A DNA stretch of 64,000 nucleotides from a virus. A program made the position numbers and the translations under genes. Below are positions 20,705 to 31,390 of this stretch, piece after piece. The notes below the pieces were generated by a model. The model was not told where the DNA came from. It saw only the letters and a list, made by a program, of their open reading frames with translations, and did not search any database. The stretch lies in IMG/VR virus record IMGVR_UViG_3300018080_000142, positions 1-64,000 of that record. One strand, given 5' to 3'. Position 1 is the stretch's first letter; every line of letters begins with the position of its first letter.

Positions 20705-23700
20705 TGAGTTCAGATTTTTACGTACCGGTAGATATGCATGGTCTGGAAATCCAGAACCATAGACTTCACCAGATAAGCGGTGACCTGGGATCACCTAACG
20801 ATGGTGATATCTGGTTTAACAATACTACTGACGAGCCAAAGGTCAGAGCAACCAGGGGATCTACCAGCCAGAACCGAGCGATGATATCTGATGACGATGA
20901 TTTCCACAACCGGCTGAATATTGTCACCAGCATACAGGATGTTGATGAATTGCTGATCTGGGATGACAGCGTTTCGGAAGTTGATCACCAGCAAAAATAC
21001 AGAAGGATAACCAAGGCGAATCTCTTTGCCGGGATATCAACCATTCTTAATGCATACAATGAAATAATCGTTGACTCAGGTACAAGTCCTTTACAGGCTT
21101 CCGGAGAAAGTGAATTCAGAGTCTCAGCTGACGGTAGTATCCTTCAGACTGTTGGATCCAGTCCAGGCGGTATTGATCAGGTTGATATAGACTGGTTATT
21201 GCAGAATGTAAACACTGTACTCGCCGGACCGTCCAGCGGTGGTGATGCTGTTCCTACCTTCCGCGCCCTGGTCGATGATGATATGCCTACCAGCTACAGC
21301 GCTGCTGATTGGGATACTGCGTATACACACAGTCAGATAGTTTCAGGAAATCCACACGGCACTGTTATCACTGATCTCGGTTATGGTGTTGTAACCACAC
21401 TCGGGGATCCTGGCTTGGATAGCAATCTTGTTACAGAAAAAGCTATCAGGACAGCTATTGCAGGATTAACCAATACTTTTGTTGGACTGACAGACACGCC
21501 CTCTGATTATACTGGCGGGGTGGGTGGATACATAGTTATGGTAAACAGCACCCCTGATGGTCTCGAGTTCGTGGATCCATCCGGATATGCTCTGTCAAAC
21601 TTTGATGATGATCTCAGCTACGAAAACCCTCTTACCTTCCAGAACGGACTCACAAGAGCTACTAATACTATAACCTGGGGTGGAACGCTCAATGCCGTGA
21701 CAGTAATAACAGGTACTTCTACATATACTTGGACTCTCAGCAACACAAACCCTTCACCTTCTGGATCTGCAAAGTTGTTTGCAAATTCCGGTGGTGGTGT
21801 AACAATACAGGGTTGGGATAATACTGACTTTACAGGAGATTATTCAAGGATATTTGTTGACCAGACCGGTGCTTACATGGAGTCAAATGTCTCAAGTGAT
21901 CTTAAGCAGTTTGTAGTTGTTCAGGACTTCATAAGAATATCCGATGCTCAGGACTCAAAGGGAGCAATTTATGCCGCTGACTATGGAACAAACGGCAGGT
22001 CTGATGATCGGTGGATACCCGACTGGGGAAATGTCAAAACTTACATCGGTGGTCAAAGCACCAACTCACTTATACAAAGTCCCGGAGCCGGCCAGGATAC
22101 CTATGCTATTACATGGGATAACGGCAATACAGAATACACGTTGACAGCATTTGCCGGCGGAGCTACTTCTTTTATAGGATTGACAGATACTCCGGCCAAT
22201 TATACCGGTTCGGCAGATTACCTTTTGTTTGTAAATTCTACTCCGGATGCCGTTGTCTTTACAGATCCATCTGGATATGCGGTAAATAATTTTAGCGGGA
22301 CTCTTACGGCTTCATGGACAATAACAGGGACCAATACGCTTATACCAAGAATAAGAGCATCAAGCACGGGTGTTGGCTCAGTAAACATGGAAATACAAAC
22401 CGGAATTACCTTCAGTGTTGCTGCCTATGCAAATGATGACTATACAGGTAATTATGGCGAGATCTACATAACCGATGATAATGCTTTCTTAAGGCTTGAC
22501 ATCGGTGCAAATGAGAAAAAGATAGATATCTCTACAACGGCAATGACCATAACTGACTCGGATGATTCTACCGGGTTTATTTACGCTGCAGACTACAGTA
22601 CTGCAGGTATGGCAAATGACAGGTGGTTACCTGACTGGGCAGCTGTAAGGGATCATATCGGCGGTCAGAATGTTACGACAGCATCGGGTGGGATCACCAA
22701 TCCAACAGCGAGTGAGGATGGTTATGTAATATTCTGGGACAATTCTAACAACAGATATGACCTGAAAGCTGAGAGTGGTTCAGGGAATCATAATATACTC
22801 AGTTCTGTTCATAGTGATGCTGCTACTACGACAGTCCTGAGAGGGATGATTATAACTGGTCAAACAGCTACTCCACAGTGGGATGGCCTTGCTATATCTA
22901 CCGATGTCAGTAATGTTCTCAGGACTGACGGTACAGATATATCCTGGGGAGATCTGAATTTTGCTGATCTTGGTACGACTCCTACCACATTTGCCGGATA
23001 TGGAATAAGCGATTCACTTGCAAATCTTAATACTGCTGTTACCGATGCTACCCTGATTGATACTACTGACTCGAGGTTATCTGACGACCGGGATCCAAAT
23101 GCTCATATACTTTCTGGGGCAAGGCACACAGCTTCCGGACTGACTGTTGGATATGTCATAGCTGCAGATGGTGCAACAACATTCTCATGGAGGCAATTGT
23201 TGGGATCTGAAATAAGCAACGATCTTGGTTGGGGAGGCGGTGTCTCTGTTACCAGCCAGGGAAATGATCAGATATTGACTTGTACAGGCACTACAGATGT
23301 TATGACGGCAGAGGATAATCTTACCTTTAACGGAACATCTAACGTGCTTACCATTACAGGAACAATAAATCTTACCGGTTCTGTCACGGACATAGCAATC
23401 TTTGATTCTACTGTTGAGGATTCTTTCTCGAGAGTCAGGATAGATGCCGGTTTGAACAGTGATACCATGCTGTCCTGGATGGAGAACGGAACTACTCAGG
23501 CAAGCATGGGTTGGAATGCTTCAGATAATCAGCTGTACATTATCAAGGGTTATGCTGGCGGGATCGATGCCAACGAGAAGCTGGCAGCTTTCGATCCTGA
23601 TGGGGCTGTCCGGTTATTCTATAACAATGCCGAGAAACTTGCAACCACGGATACAGGAATATCAATTACAGGATCTGCCATTCATACGGGAGGTACTAAC

Positions 23701-24693
23701 GCAAATGTCGAAGTTCTTAACGATGGTTATATTGACATTGTAAAAAATTCCAACTCGGCATCCTGGGCGAGAGGTATACGATGGTATTCCTACCAGGACG
23801 CTGCTACACTCGGGATTTATGCTTACGGAGCTACCAGGGGTGCGCTGGACTATATTGCTATTGGGGAGTCGCATACCGATGAGCTGGCTAAGTTTATTCG
23901 CAATGGTGCTGTTGAACTTTACTATAATAATTCCAGAAAACTGTATACCACAACAAATGGTATTGAAGTTACTGGTAGTATTATCACTGAGACTACAGGT
24001 GATGCTTTGGGCGGTCAATTTATAACAGGGACTACTGATACCAATGACTATTACGGTGTTTCCAATCTTGTTCTAAAGACTACGGGAGCATCCTTGGCAG
24101 GTCATGGGCCGGCATTGTACTTTTCATATACAGACAGCAGTTATACTAACCAGACCCTTGCTGCTATTGCAGTAACAAAAAATGATTCAGGACAGTACGG
24201 TGGAGAGTTTGAGGTCTGGGTCAGGAATACTACCAATAATCCTGTTTCCGGGATCTTTATAAATGAAAATGGCAGAGTATATCTGAAAAACCTTGCATCG
24301 AGTTCAGAAACAGTTACACTGCGATGGACTGCAAGCGGTACTCCTGCCGGTCATGTAAGCTATCCAACATCAGATGTGAGATTCAAAAGCAACGTTATCG
24401 ATTGGTATGTTGATGCATTGCATGTACTTCAGCAATTCAGACCGAAACAGTTTGAGTGGGCATCGGAACCAGGAAATAAAAGGGTAGGATGGATAGCTCA
24501 GGAGGGGATGTTACATATACCTGAAATGTTCCCGTACATTAAGAATACTGACAGGTATTCACTTGCTGAATTTGAAATACTGCCATATTTTCACAAAGCA
24601 ATTATAGAAGTTAATGAAAAAGTTGAATCTCATGAGGAAAGAATTGCAAGGCTCGAGGCCAGGATTGTTGAACTCGAATCGCAGTTGACGTAA
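20704..24693 (+). CDS. Tail fibre/spike with C-terminal intramolecular chaperone (peptidase S74-like)
   Basis: T/G/S/D-rich beta-type sequence with internal repeats. C-terminal SDVRFKSNV...GWIAQE...coiled coil is typical of S74 chaperone domains. Confidence 0.8.
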   Translation: MSSDFYVPVDMHGLEIQNHRLHQISGDLGSPNDGDIWFNNTTDEPKVRATRGSTSQNRAMISDDDDFHNRLNIVTSIQDVDELLIWDDSVSEVDHQQKYRRITKANLFAGISTILNAYNEIIVDSGTSPLQASGESEFRVSADGSILQTVGSSPGGIDQVDIDWLLQNVNTVLAGPSSGGDAVPTFRALVDDDMPTSYSAADWDTAYTHSQIVSGNPHGTVITDLGYGVVTTLGDPGLDSNLVTEKAIRTAIAGLTNTFVGLTDTPSDYTGGVGGYIVMVNSTPDGLEFVDPSGYALSNFDDDLSYENPLTFQNGLTRATNTITWGGTLNAVTVITGTSTYTWTLSNTNPSPSGSAKLFANSGGGVTIQGWDNTDFTGDYSRIFVDQTGAYMESNVSSDLKQFVVVQDFIRISDAQDSKGAIYAADYGTNGRSDDRWIPDWGNVKTYIGGQSTNSLIQSPGAGQDTYAITWDNGNTEYTLTAFAGGATSFIGLTDTPANYTGSADYLLFVNSTPDAVVFTDPSGYAVNNFSGTLTASWTITGTNTLIPRIRASSTGVGSVNMEIQTGITFSVAAYANDDYTGNYGEIYITDDNAFLRLDIGANEKKIDISTTAMTITDSDDSTGFIYAADYSTAGMANDRWLPDWAAVRDHIGGQNVTTASGGITNPTASEDGYVIFWDNSNNRYDLKAESGSGNHNILSSVHSDAATTTVLRGMIITGQTATPQWDGLAISTDVSNVLRTDGTDISWGDLNFADLGTTPTTFAGYGISDSLANLNTAVTDATLIDTTDSRLSDDRDPNAHILSGARHTASGLTVGYVIAADGATTFSWRQLLGSEISNDLGWGGGVSVTSQGNDQILTCTGTTDVMTAEDNLTFNGTSNVLTITGTINLTGSVTDIAIFDSTVEDSFSRVRIDAGLNSDTMLSWMENGTTQASMGWNASDNQLYIIKGYAGGIDANEKLAAFDPDGAVRLFYNNAEKLATTDTGISITGSAIHTGGTNANVEVLNDGYIDIVKNSNSASWARGIRWYSYQDAATLGIYAYGATRGALDYIAIGESHTDELAKFIRNGAVELYYNNSRKLYTTTNGIEVTGSIITETTGDALGGQFITGTTDTNDYYGVSNLVLKTTGASLAGHGPALYFSYTDSSYTNQTLAAIAVTKNDSGQYGGEFEVWVRNTTNNPVSGIFINENGRVYLKNLASSSETVTLRWTASGTPAGHVSYPTSDVRFKSNVIDWYVDALHVLQQFRPKQFEWASEPGNKRVGWIAQEGMLHIPEMFPYIKNTDRYSLAEFEILPYFHKAIIEVNEKVESHEERIARLEARIVELESQLT

Positions 24694-24735
24694 TTTTGTA
24701 TATTTACCTATATTTTTGATTTAATACTTATTGTT

Positions 24736-25320
24736 ATGGAACTTACTAATGATGATTGTATTACGGTATATAACGGTCTCAGTGAGATCGTTCAACCGGA
24801 ATTTGCAGACATAAAGGATCTGCCGGACAGAGAGCAGTACATCTATCACATCAAGTTTGTCTATGCTGTTTCATATAACAAACGGATATTGAAAGATATC
24901 GTAGATTCACTGCAGGAAACCTCGAAAGCAAAGAAGGAATATGAAGATTACCTCGCAGAAAGAGACAAGTTGCTTCAAAGATATTCCGTTAAAGATGACA
25001 ATGGAGCGCCCAGGGAAAGAGTTGAACAACTCGGCGCTGGCCTTATGAGGCGGTCTTACATTGTTCCGGACCTGGCCGATCCAGCAACTACTGCATCGAA
25101 GGCAATTAAAAAATTGGAGGAAAAGTCAAAGGACATTATTGATCAACGGGAAAAACAGCAGGAGGATTTTAAAAAATTGTTAAAAGAGAAACCCAAGAAG
25201 CTGGACCTGAAATTCGTTACCTGGGGCATGATACCTCGGGGATTACAACCTCAATGGATGGATGCAGTGATGTTCATGATAGATCCTGACTCGAAAGAAC
25301 CAACAGAATCAGATAAATAG
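24736..25320 (+). CDS. Hypothetical protein (helical, charged)
   Basis: 194-aa ORF with an AT-rich leader. Confidence 0.5.
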   Translation: MELTNDDCITVYNGLSEIVQPEFADIKDLPDREQYIYHIKFVYAVSYNKRILKDIVDSLQETSKAKKEYEDYLAERDKLLQRYSVKDDNGAPRERVEQLGAGLMRRSYIVPDLADPATTASKAIKKLEEKSKDIIDQREKQQEDFKKLLKEKPKKLDLKFVTWGMIPRGLQPQWMDAVMFMIDPDSKEPTESDK

Positions 25321-25329
25321 TTATAAATC

Positions 25330-26469
25330 ATGACAGATCAGAGATTTCCCGCACAAAGCCCGGACTCCGGTAAAGAATTCCTGGAAGCCACAACATTCAA
25401 AGGAGATCCTGGGGATCCTGGCCGGGTCATACTTGCAAGCCCGCCATTTATTGCCATACCATGTGATGATGATGACAGCAACCCGGTATTTACAAATGCA
25501 GAGTCATTTTTTTACATCATCGATGGTAACCAGATTATTGCTGACAATGCCACTCCGGACGGCTGGTCAGTATCCGTGGAGAGCCAGACGGATTGTACTG
25601 TTGGTCTGACAGGAAACCTCGGAATTGCAGTATCGGCAATAACTGCGGACACGGCCGAGTGTGTGATCAAGGCATCAAAGGCTGCTGAGAACGACTTATA
25701 CGCCAGGATCTATATCAAGCGTATCAATAAAGGTGAAAAAGGTGATCAGGGTGATAAGGGTGTCAAGGGTGATACCGGTTCGCCAGGCTCAACGGGTGCG
25801 GCTGGTTCAGACGGGACCGGTGTTGTTGTGGAAAAGTTTGTTGTGGAATGCAGGGCATCAGTACCGGGCGATGCAACGAATTACGGTGATGACAAGATAA
25901 GGCTGGACTTTGATTCCGCACATGGTTTTGTTGTTGGTGAATATCTGCTGGTGCTTGACGCTGCTCCGGCAGAAGCGGTGATACTTGAGGTAATAAGTTC
26001 CACGGCAGTGAAGATTGACAAGGGATATCTTGCTGATGTAAATGATATACCGATTTATTCCATGCGTCATTTCAGATCCATTGCCGATGGTGTTGGTCAG
26101 ATACTCAGGTTTGATAATGTCTGGGCCGTTGGTGACAAGCCTTGGGAATTATTTCTTATCATGGACGATGAGGATGCCGGAGAGGACTTAACCTGCAGTG
26201 CCGGATATGCTCAATACCCTGCTTCCGGTTACAATTACTTTATCAACAGCAAGGTCTATAACTCTGCCGAGGACATCGATGGTGCTAATCTGCTGGACTT
26301 AAGCAGTGCGGTTGTATGGAAACGACCGATGGTATCAGCAACAGATCCGCGAAAGGATGTGTATTTGTATGGGTTACCTTATCCCGGCAATACCTGGTCA
26401 GCTGACTACTCCGGGGTTACTTTTGAACTGCATTTCGTTAAGTTCCAATTTGATATCGATTTCCCATAA
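25330..26469 (+). CDS. Collagen-like repeat virion protein (fibre/decoration)
   Basis: G-X-Y run GEKGDQGDKGVKGDTGSPGSTGAAGSDG and N-terminal KGDPGDPG. Confidence 0.6.
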   Translation: MTDQRFPAQSPDSGKEFLEATTFKGDPGDPGRVILASPPFIAIPCDDDDSNPVFTNAESFFYIIDGNQIIADNATPDGWSVSVESQTDCTVGLTGNLGIAVSAITADTAECVIKASKAAENDLYARIYIKRINKGEKGDQGDKGVKGDTGSPGSTGAAGSDGTGVVVEKFVVECRASVPGDATNYGDDKIRLDFDSAHGFVVGEYLLVLDAAPAEAVILEVISSTAVKIDKGYLADVNDIPIYSMRHFRSIADGVGQILRFDNVWAVGDKPWELFLIMDDEDAGEDLTCSAGYAQYPASGYNYFINSKVYNSAEDIDGANLLDLSSAVVWKRPMVSATDPRKDVYLYGLPYPGNTWSADYSGVTFELHFVKFQFDIDFP

Positions 26470-26534
26470 AATTATTCTTTATTAAAATCCACATATATTG
26501 CTATCTTAGTATTGTTAATCAAAAACGGAAAACT

Positions 26535-26984
26535 ATGAAAAAGCTAATTTCCCTTCTCACCTTTCTCTTTTTCGTTCCACTCTTACTTTTCTCTCAGGAC
26601 GTATTCCCTGGTGACACCTCGACTGTCATCATAATACCGGAGAGCTGGACGGAAATGGCAGAAAATCCAAGATTGTGGTTATTTAATGTCGGAACACTCG
26701 CCGGGGCCGTCTGGGTCATTGCCGGAGCGTTTATTATATGGCTGAAACTGCCAGCCGATAAGAAATGGCCCAAATTGGTGACAGGAATAGTCATTGCACT
26801 GGTCCTGTCGATTGTCACGAAAGTTATAAATTGGGGTTTATTTGCCGGAGATCCTTGGCTGGAAACCATACTTGGCGGCTTAGGTATCGGCGCTGTTGCT
26901 GGTGGTATATCTGATATTCAAACGATGAAAGTAGCGTTGAGTATCATACTATCATTAATACGCATACGAAAAACGCCATTATAA
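26535..26984 (+). CDS. Membrane protein, holin-like
   Basis: Signal-like N-terminus plus 3-4 hydrophobic helices. Last gene of the structural operon. Confidence 0.45.
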   Translation: MKKLISLLTFLFFVPLLLFSQDVFPGDTSTVIIIPESWTEMAENPRLWLFNVGTLAGAVWVIAGAFIIWLKLPADKKWPKLVTGIVIALVLSIVTKVINWGLFAGDPWLETILGGLGIGAVAGGISDIQTMKVALSIILSLIRIRKTPL

Positions 26985-26996
26985 GTTTTCCATTTC

Positions 26997-27030
26997 AAAA
27001 AAAAGAGGGGCTAATAACCCCCTTTTTTTT
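26997..27030. terminator. Bidirectional intrinsic terminator between convergent arms
   Basis: AAAAAAAAGAGGGG-CTAATAA-CCCCCTTTTTTTT, with A and T tracts on both sides, at the junction of the + and - blocks. Confidence 0.8.
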
Positions 27031-27544
27031 ATTTGGCTTTGGCGATATGTGGAGCGAGGCCGTTTTCTTCCTTGTTCTCCTGATCGGTATGGGAATACCC
27101 GGCCAGCTCGGATTCATGGAACACAAGGTAAGCTTTGTTAATGGCCCAGTCAATGATTACCGGGAATGACCAGTTCTCTGCTTCCTGCGGTATGAACGGG
27201 AATATTTCATCGCCTCTACATACCGGTAAGGTCACATCATCGGCCACATCAACGGCATAATATCTCCTGAGATTCCTTGTCACTGCTCCCTTGGCCTCGG
27301 GTGCTTGATAGGTTGTGGGTATAATTACGCCACCTTCGGTTTTCATCTCACCGGGATCCTGCTCAATAGCGAAAATACGCCCGTTAAGAGGTTTTACTAC
27401 ATTATTGGGTATTTCTACCACTGCCATAACAGTTTGTCCTTTGTAGTCCTCCCCTTGCATTCTAGGAAGGTCATCCAGGCTAGTTGGTAAGCCGGTTGAA
27501 TCATTTGGCTTTCCGTTGAACTCGGAACTTGCTTGTTTTTTCAT
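27029..27544 (-). CDS. GroES-like co-chaperonin
   Basis: VKPLNGRIF...EMKTEGGVIIP matches the GroES N-terminal/mobile loop. C-terminal YLVFHESEL. Confidence 0.65.
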   Translation of the reverse strand: MKKQASSEFNGKPNDSTGLPTSLDDLPRMQGEDYKGQTVMAVVEIPNNVVKPLNGRIFAIEQDPGEMKTEGGVIIPTTYQAPEAKGAVTRNLRRYYAVDVADDVTLPVCRGDEIFPFIPQEAENWSFPVIIDWAINKAYLVFHESELAGYSHTDQENKEENGLAPHIAKAK

Positions 27545-28410
27545 CAGTCATGCTTTTTAGTTGATATTAATTTTTCAAATCTACGAGTTTCTTCCCAATA
27601 CTTATCCTTGTTCAACGGGATCTGCACAATCATCTCATCATCGATGTATTTACAGAGCCGGTCCGCTTCGATAGGATAATCCTCCCTGGCTATCTTTTTT
27701 GCTTTTTCCTTGTCAAAGCATGAATCCAGTCTCAACGTCTTGTAGATATCCCTTCCATCGATTCCCGGCAGGATATCCCTTACGATACTGAAATGTCTGC
27801 AACTATAGAACCCGCCGTTGTCTTTGTAAAGTTCTGCAGCCGGGTGAGCAGCTTCGAACACGATATGTTTATTATTCGTGATCAGTTCTTTGCATTTCCT
27901 GGCCTCAGCTCCCCATAGCAGGAAAACTACCTGGTGGTCTTTCTTGTTCAATCCCTCGAATACTGCTTTCAGGATTTCGTCCCAACCGATATCCTTATGA
28001 CTATTCGGTTTTCCTTCCTCTACGGTAAGCGTTGCATTAAGCAATAGGAAACCGAGATTTGTCCATCCGGACAGATCATTGCGAGGGAAATATTCCTCGT
28101 AGGTCTCATTATGGAAATACTGTACATTAAAATCCGTGTAGATCTCCTTAAAGATAACCTCGAGTGAAGGTGGCCGTTTTTCCTGCTGAGTGGAAAATGC
28201 AAGTCCATCGGCCGTACCTTGAGTATGGTATGGATCCTGGCCTATGATGACTACCCTTGTCTTGTCAAAGGGACAGCGATCAAAGGCACGGAAAACAACA
28301 TTACCGGGCGGATATATATTCTTCCGCTTTCTTTCTTCGGTTAGAAAACGCCTCATCTCCTGCATTTTCCTGCTTTCCATGACGGGGTTTAAGATATCTT
28401 TCCAAGTCAT
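27544..28410 (-). CDS. ung: Uracil-DNA glycosylase (family 1)
   Basis: VVIIGQDPYH, ADGLAFS, PPSL, LLLNATLTV, FLLWG and HP motifs. Confidence 0.93.
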   Translation of the reverse strand: MTWKDILNPVMESRKMQEMRRFLTEERKRKNIYPPGNVVFRAFDRCPFDKTRVVIIGQDPYHTQGTADGLAFSTQQEKRPPSLEVIFKEIYTDFNVQYFHNETYEEYFPRNDLSGWTNLGFLLLNATLTVEEGKPNSHKDIGWDEILKAVFEGLNKKDHQVVFLLWGAEARKCKELITNNKHIVFEAAHPAAELYKDNGGFYSCRHFSIVRDILPGIDGRDIYKTLRLDSCFDKEKAKKIAREDYPIEADRLCKYIDDEMIVQIPLNKDKYWEETRRFEKLISTKKHD

Positions 28411-28420
28411 AATTTATCAA

Positions 28421-28720
28421 TTAATCATATCGGGCAATAGCAATATCAAATAGCTGACCGATGAACTTGGAATTTCGAAGAACAGCATCTTGTAGATCTG
28501 AAACTGTTTCATGTCCTAGAGCATCGTAATGGAAATTTGTGTCAATCATAACGAGCAGTATGCTATCTGATTCTGACAAAGCTTCGATGGTATAATCCAG
28601 AAGTTCCATTGTAACTGAACAGCATTCATGTGATCTATCGTTTTGTTTCGAATCGAAAAAGATTTGCAGGCACTGCAGAAACAATATTAATAGCAGTAGT
28701 GGCAATATAATTTTGTTCAT
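28421..28720 (-). CDS. Hypothetical protein with N-terminal hydrophobic segment
   Basis: MNKIILPLLLLILFLQCL N-terminus. Confidence 0.45.
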   Translation of the reverse strand: MNKIILPLLLLILFLQCLQIFFDSKQNDRSHECCSVTMELLDYTIEALSESDSILLVMIDTNFHYDALGHETVSDLQDAVLRNSKFIGQLFDIAIARYD

Positions 28721-28722
28721 AA

Positions 28723-29190
28723 TTATAGATGTATATCGTTAAAGTAAAACTTGTTGTACTTGTAATGGTCCGCAGGCTTTGGATGGATATCGTATTCAAC
28801 CTGCAGGTGAGGTATCAGTTCCTCAATATACCTACGCATATCATCTTGCTTGTATCTCGAGAAATCTTCTGTAATGGTTACCATTCTGGTAGTTCCGTCA
28901 GGCATTTTTATTCCCTGGACAGTAGATCTAAGATCAGCAAAAAGAACCTGATGGACCTGTTTTTCGGATAAGCCCTGGAAGGTTTCCGATTTCATGCATT
29001 CCTTACGAATTATCCCGCCGAAGTAGTAGGCATATTGGTTTGGCGTAATGTCACTTTCGACTCGTTCGATGATTGCATAGCCTCGTCTGCCTTCCAGGTT
29101 TTTCCTCTTGAATTCAAGCATATCTTCTTCCTCGAAAATAAACTTACCGTTTATTACAGTGAAGAAATGCTTGTACTTGGGTTCACGCAT
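28723..29190 (-). CDS. NinB/Orf-like recombination accessory protein (tentative)
   Basis: Pattern T.NQ.AYYFG.I ... EKQVHQ ... S.Y...DM..YIE resembles NinB-like proteins. Confidence 0.4.
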   Translation of the reverse strand: MREPKYKHFFTVINGKFIFEEEDMLEFKRKNLEGRRGYAIIERVESDITPNQYAYYFGGIIRKECMKSETFQGLSEKQVHQVLFADLRSTVQGIKMPDGTTRMVTITEDFSRYKQDDMRRYIEELIPHLQVEYDIHPKPADHYKYNKFYFNDIHL

Positions 29191-29882
29191 TACCAGTCCT
29201 CAGCCGTGACCTGTCCTCCGCTGTCCTCGGATCCGGCTTGAGTGGCTTCCCCTTCAATGGGTGTTGCATACTTCTTGAACTCCTGGGATTCCATGATCTT
29301 CGTCTTGAGAAAATTCGGTATCAACTCGAACTTCTCATGATCGAACTGTTCTTCCCCCTTTTCAATCTTCTCCCAATCCCATATGTAAGTTGGATTGATC
29401 TGGTCAGGCATTTCCATGTCCTTTGGACGCTTCATGATCGCCTGCATCTTGAGATTGGTGTTTTCGTTGGTGACCTCGGCCACTTCCTGTCCTTGGTATG
29501 CTTTCTTCCTTTTATGCATGAACTGAATGAGACAGGACTTCCCGACCATGACCGCAGGATCGAATTCCTTCATTTCTGCAGCACTTAACGGAACACCTCT
29601 CCATGCTGAGACCAGCTTGGACAGATTTGAGTTTTCCTTGGTACTCAAGGTGAATTCCTCGCTTACCACGAACGGTTGTTCACCTTTTTCCTCGTTGAAA
29701 ACAGCCTTGAACTTCGGAAGCTCCCAGGTCAGGAAAATTCGGTGTACATGACCTTGCAGCTGACCTTGATAGATGTTCGGAACAGTTCCAATATCGATGA
29801 GAGAGTAACATCTTGCAACAGTCGTACTTGGTTCAGGCAGTTTTACGGCTTTAAAGTTTCCAGATGATGTTGCTTTTACCAT
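29190..29882 (-). CDS. Putative ssDNA-binding/replication protein (NGO0469-like)
   Basis: ARCYSLIDIGT...FLTWELP...EFTLS..ENSNL.KL..AWRG and an acidic C-terminal tail ending EDW. Confidence 0.55.
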   Translation of the reverse strand: MVKATSSGNFKAVKLPEPSTTVARCYSLIDIGTVPNIYQGQLQGHVHRIFLTWELPKFKAVFNEEKGEQPFVVSEEFTLSTKENSNLSKLVSAWRGVPLSAAEMKEFDPAVMVGKSCLIQFMHKRKKAYQGQEVAEVTNENTNLKMQAIMKRPKDMEMPDQINPTYIWDWEKIEKGEEQFDHEKFELIPNFLKTKIMESQEFKKYATPIEGEATQAGSEDSGGQVTAEDW

Positions 29883-29967
29883 GATTAAAAATGTTTAAAA
29901 ATTAATAATAGAGATTTATAAAAAATATAATTTCTGAATGACCGTAAAGTTAATGAAAAATCACGAC

Positions 29968-30333
29968 TTAACCTTGAGATTCAATACGTTTACGCCATTC
30001 TTCATATCGTTTTGCCTCACGAATTTTCCGCAGTTCCTTCCTTCTTCGCCTTTTCCTGAAATTGTGACGCTTCTTAATAACTATGCGGTGGTTATAAGCT
30101 TTTTTTCGGACCTTGAGTGGAAGTCTGAAATAACCCACGCCTTTTACATAACAATTTATTCCTATCCTGAAGTACCAGCCTATGCCATAGCTGGAAAAAA
30201 ACAGCCTCACGACCTTTTCAATATGGTCGTGAGACATGCGGATATTCTGCTCGTTGAGATCCTTGCGGATCTGAGCGATAATCCCGTGGTGCGTTTTGGG
30301 ACCTTTGTAGTCTTTTATCTTACCTGCTGACAT
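29968..30333 (-). CDS. HU/IHF-like basic DNA-binding protein (tentative)
   Basis: Two N-terminal helices, then VKGVGYFRL resembling the HU/IHF G-F-G-x-F motif, then a very basic tail. Confidence 0.4.
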   Translation of the reverse strand: MSAGKIKDYKGPKTHHGIIAQIRKDLNEQNIRMSHDHIEKVVRLFFSSYGIGWYFRIGINCYVKGVGYFRLPLKVRKKAYNHRIVIKKRHNFRKRRRRKELRKIREAKRYEEWRKRIESQG

Positions 30334-31390
30334 AGGAATCCTCGTAGAAAACATTCATGCCATCGATGATGACTTCTCCATCTTCCAGCTTCTGCTTAAC
30401 TATTTCATCATTGGCTTTTATCCATTCCCTTACCGCTGTTTCATCAAGCGTCAGGAACTTTCGCGGAACTTTCGCGAAATCATACACATCGAACTTGATA
30501 TTCTTCCTGATGCCTTTCCTAGCTTCCTTGATTTCTTTCTCACTACCCTTAATTTCCTTTTCAGTCTCAGCATCAATCTTTTTCTTCATTTCCTCGCTTG
30601 TCTTGGCTGAATCTGATTCGGCTTTTGTTCTGGCAGTCATTATACCGGCCATTGCATCTTCACGGGATTCTTCAGACTCGCTCTCAGTAAGTAGAAGATT
30701 GGCTTTATGTTCGGCCAGGAGATTCTTTACATCCTGTACCATCTGCTCATAGGATTCTCTGTAATGAATGAACTCGTCAGGCTTTGGAATATTTTTGTCT
30801 ATGATTGTGCTGAGAATTTCACAATCAGCTGATTTAAGGCATCCACGGGATGTTTTGGCCTGACCTGTCTTGTCATTCCAATTCCCACCATATATCCTGG
30901 CCGTAAGCTGACTGCGGATCCTGATTATCCTATCGGATTCTTCATTTTTTTCCTTGGCCTTCTTCTCTGCTTCTTTTGCCACCTTCTCAGCCTCGATCTT
31001 TGCGGCGGCAGCCTGGATCTTCTTGTAATTGGTGATGGCTGATCCGATAGCTGATTTCACTTCCTCGAGAGGTTTACTCAGAGTTTTTGCAAACTCATCG
31101 ATCATCTTACTGGCTTTGTAATACGGATCTTTACGTAGCTTCCTGACCTTCTCAATGTTTCTCAGGATTTCGTTCAGCTCAGAGATATTATTCTCGGCTA
31201 TAACGAGGGAATCATCGGTTTCAACAGCGATTTTGGCTGCATACTGTTCGAAATGTTTGATCTTGGTATCGATCTCAATGAACAGTTTCTTTACCTGGAT
31301 CGGTTTGAGCAATGACTCTCCTTCTTCCAGGATTTCTTGAGTTTGAACATCCTTTACGTCAGGATCCTCAGTTTTGTTATTTGCTTTCAT
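30320..31390 (-). CDS. Coiled-coil hypothetical phage protein
   Basis: 356-aa, K/E-rich helical ORF with C-terminal KVPRKFLTLDE..VRE motif. Confidence 0.5.
   Translation of the reverse strand: MKANNKTEDPDVKDVQTQEILEEGESLLKPIQVKKLFIEIDTKIKHFEQYAAKIAVETDDSLVIAENNISELNEILRNIEKVRKLRKDPYYKASKMIDEFAKTLSKPLEEVKSAIGSAITNYKKIQAAAAKIEAEKVAKEAEKKAKEKNEESDRIIRIRSQLTARIYGGNWNDKTGQAKTSRGCLKSADCEILSTIIDKNIPKPDEFIHYRESYEQMVQDVKNLLAEHKANLLLTESESEESREDAMAGIMTARTKAESDSAKTSEEMKKKIDAETEKEIKGSEKEIKEARKGIRKNIKFDVYDFAKVPRKFLTLDETAVREWIKANDEIVKQKLEDGEVIIDGMNVFYEDSYVSR

Noticed and set aside
20704-26469. Diversity-generating retroelement or invertible tail-fibre cassette
   Set aside because: No reverse transcriptase or recombinase. 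The repeats are diverged protein-level duplications, not adenine-specific TR/VR pairs.
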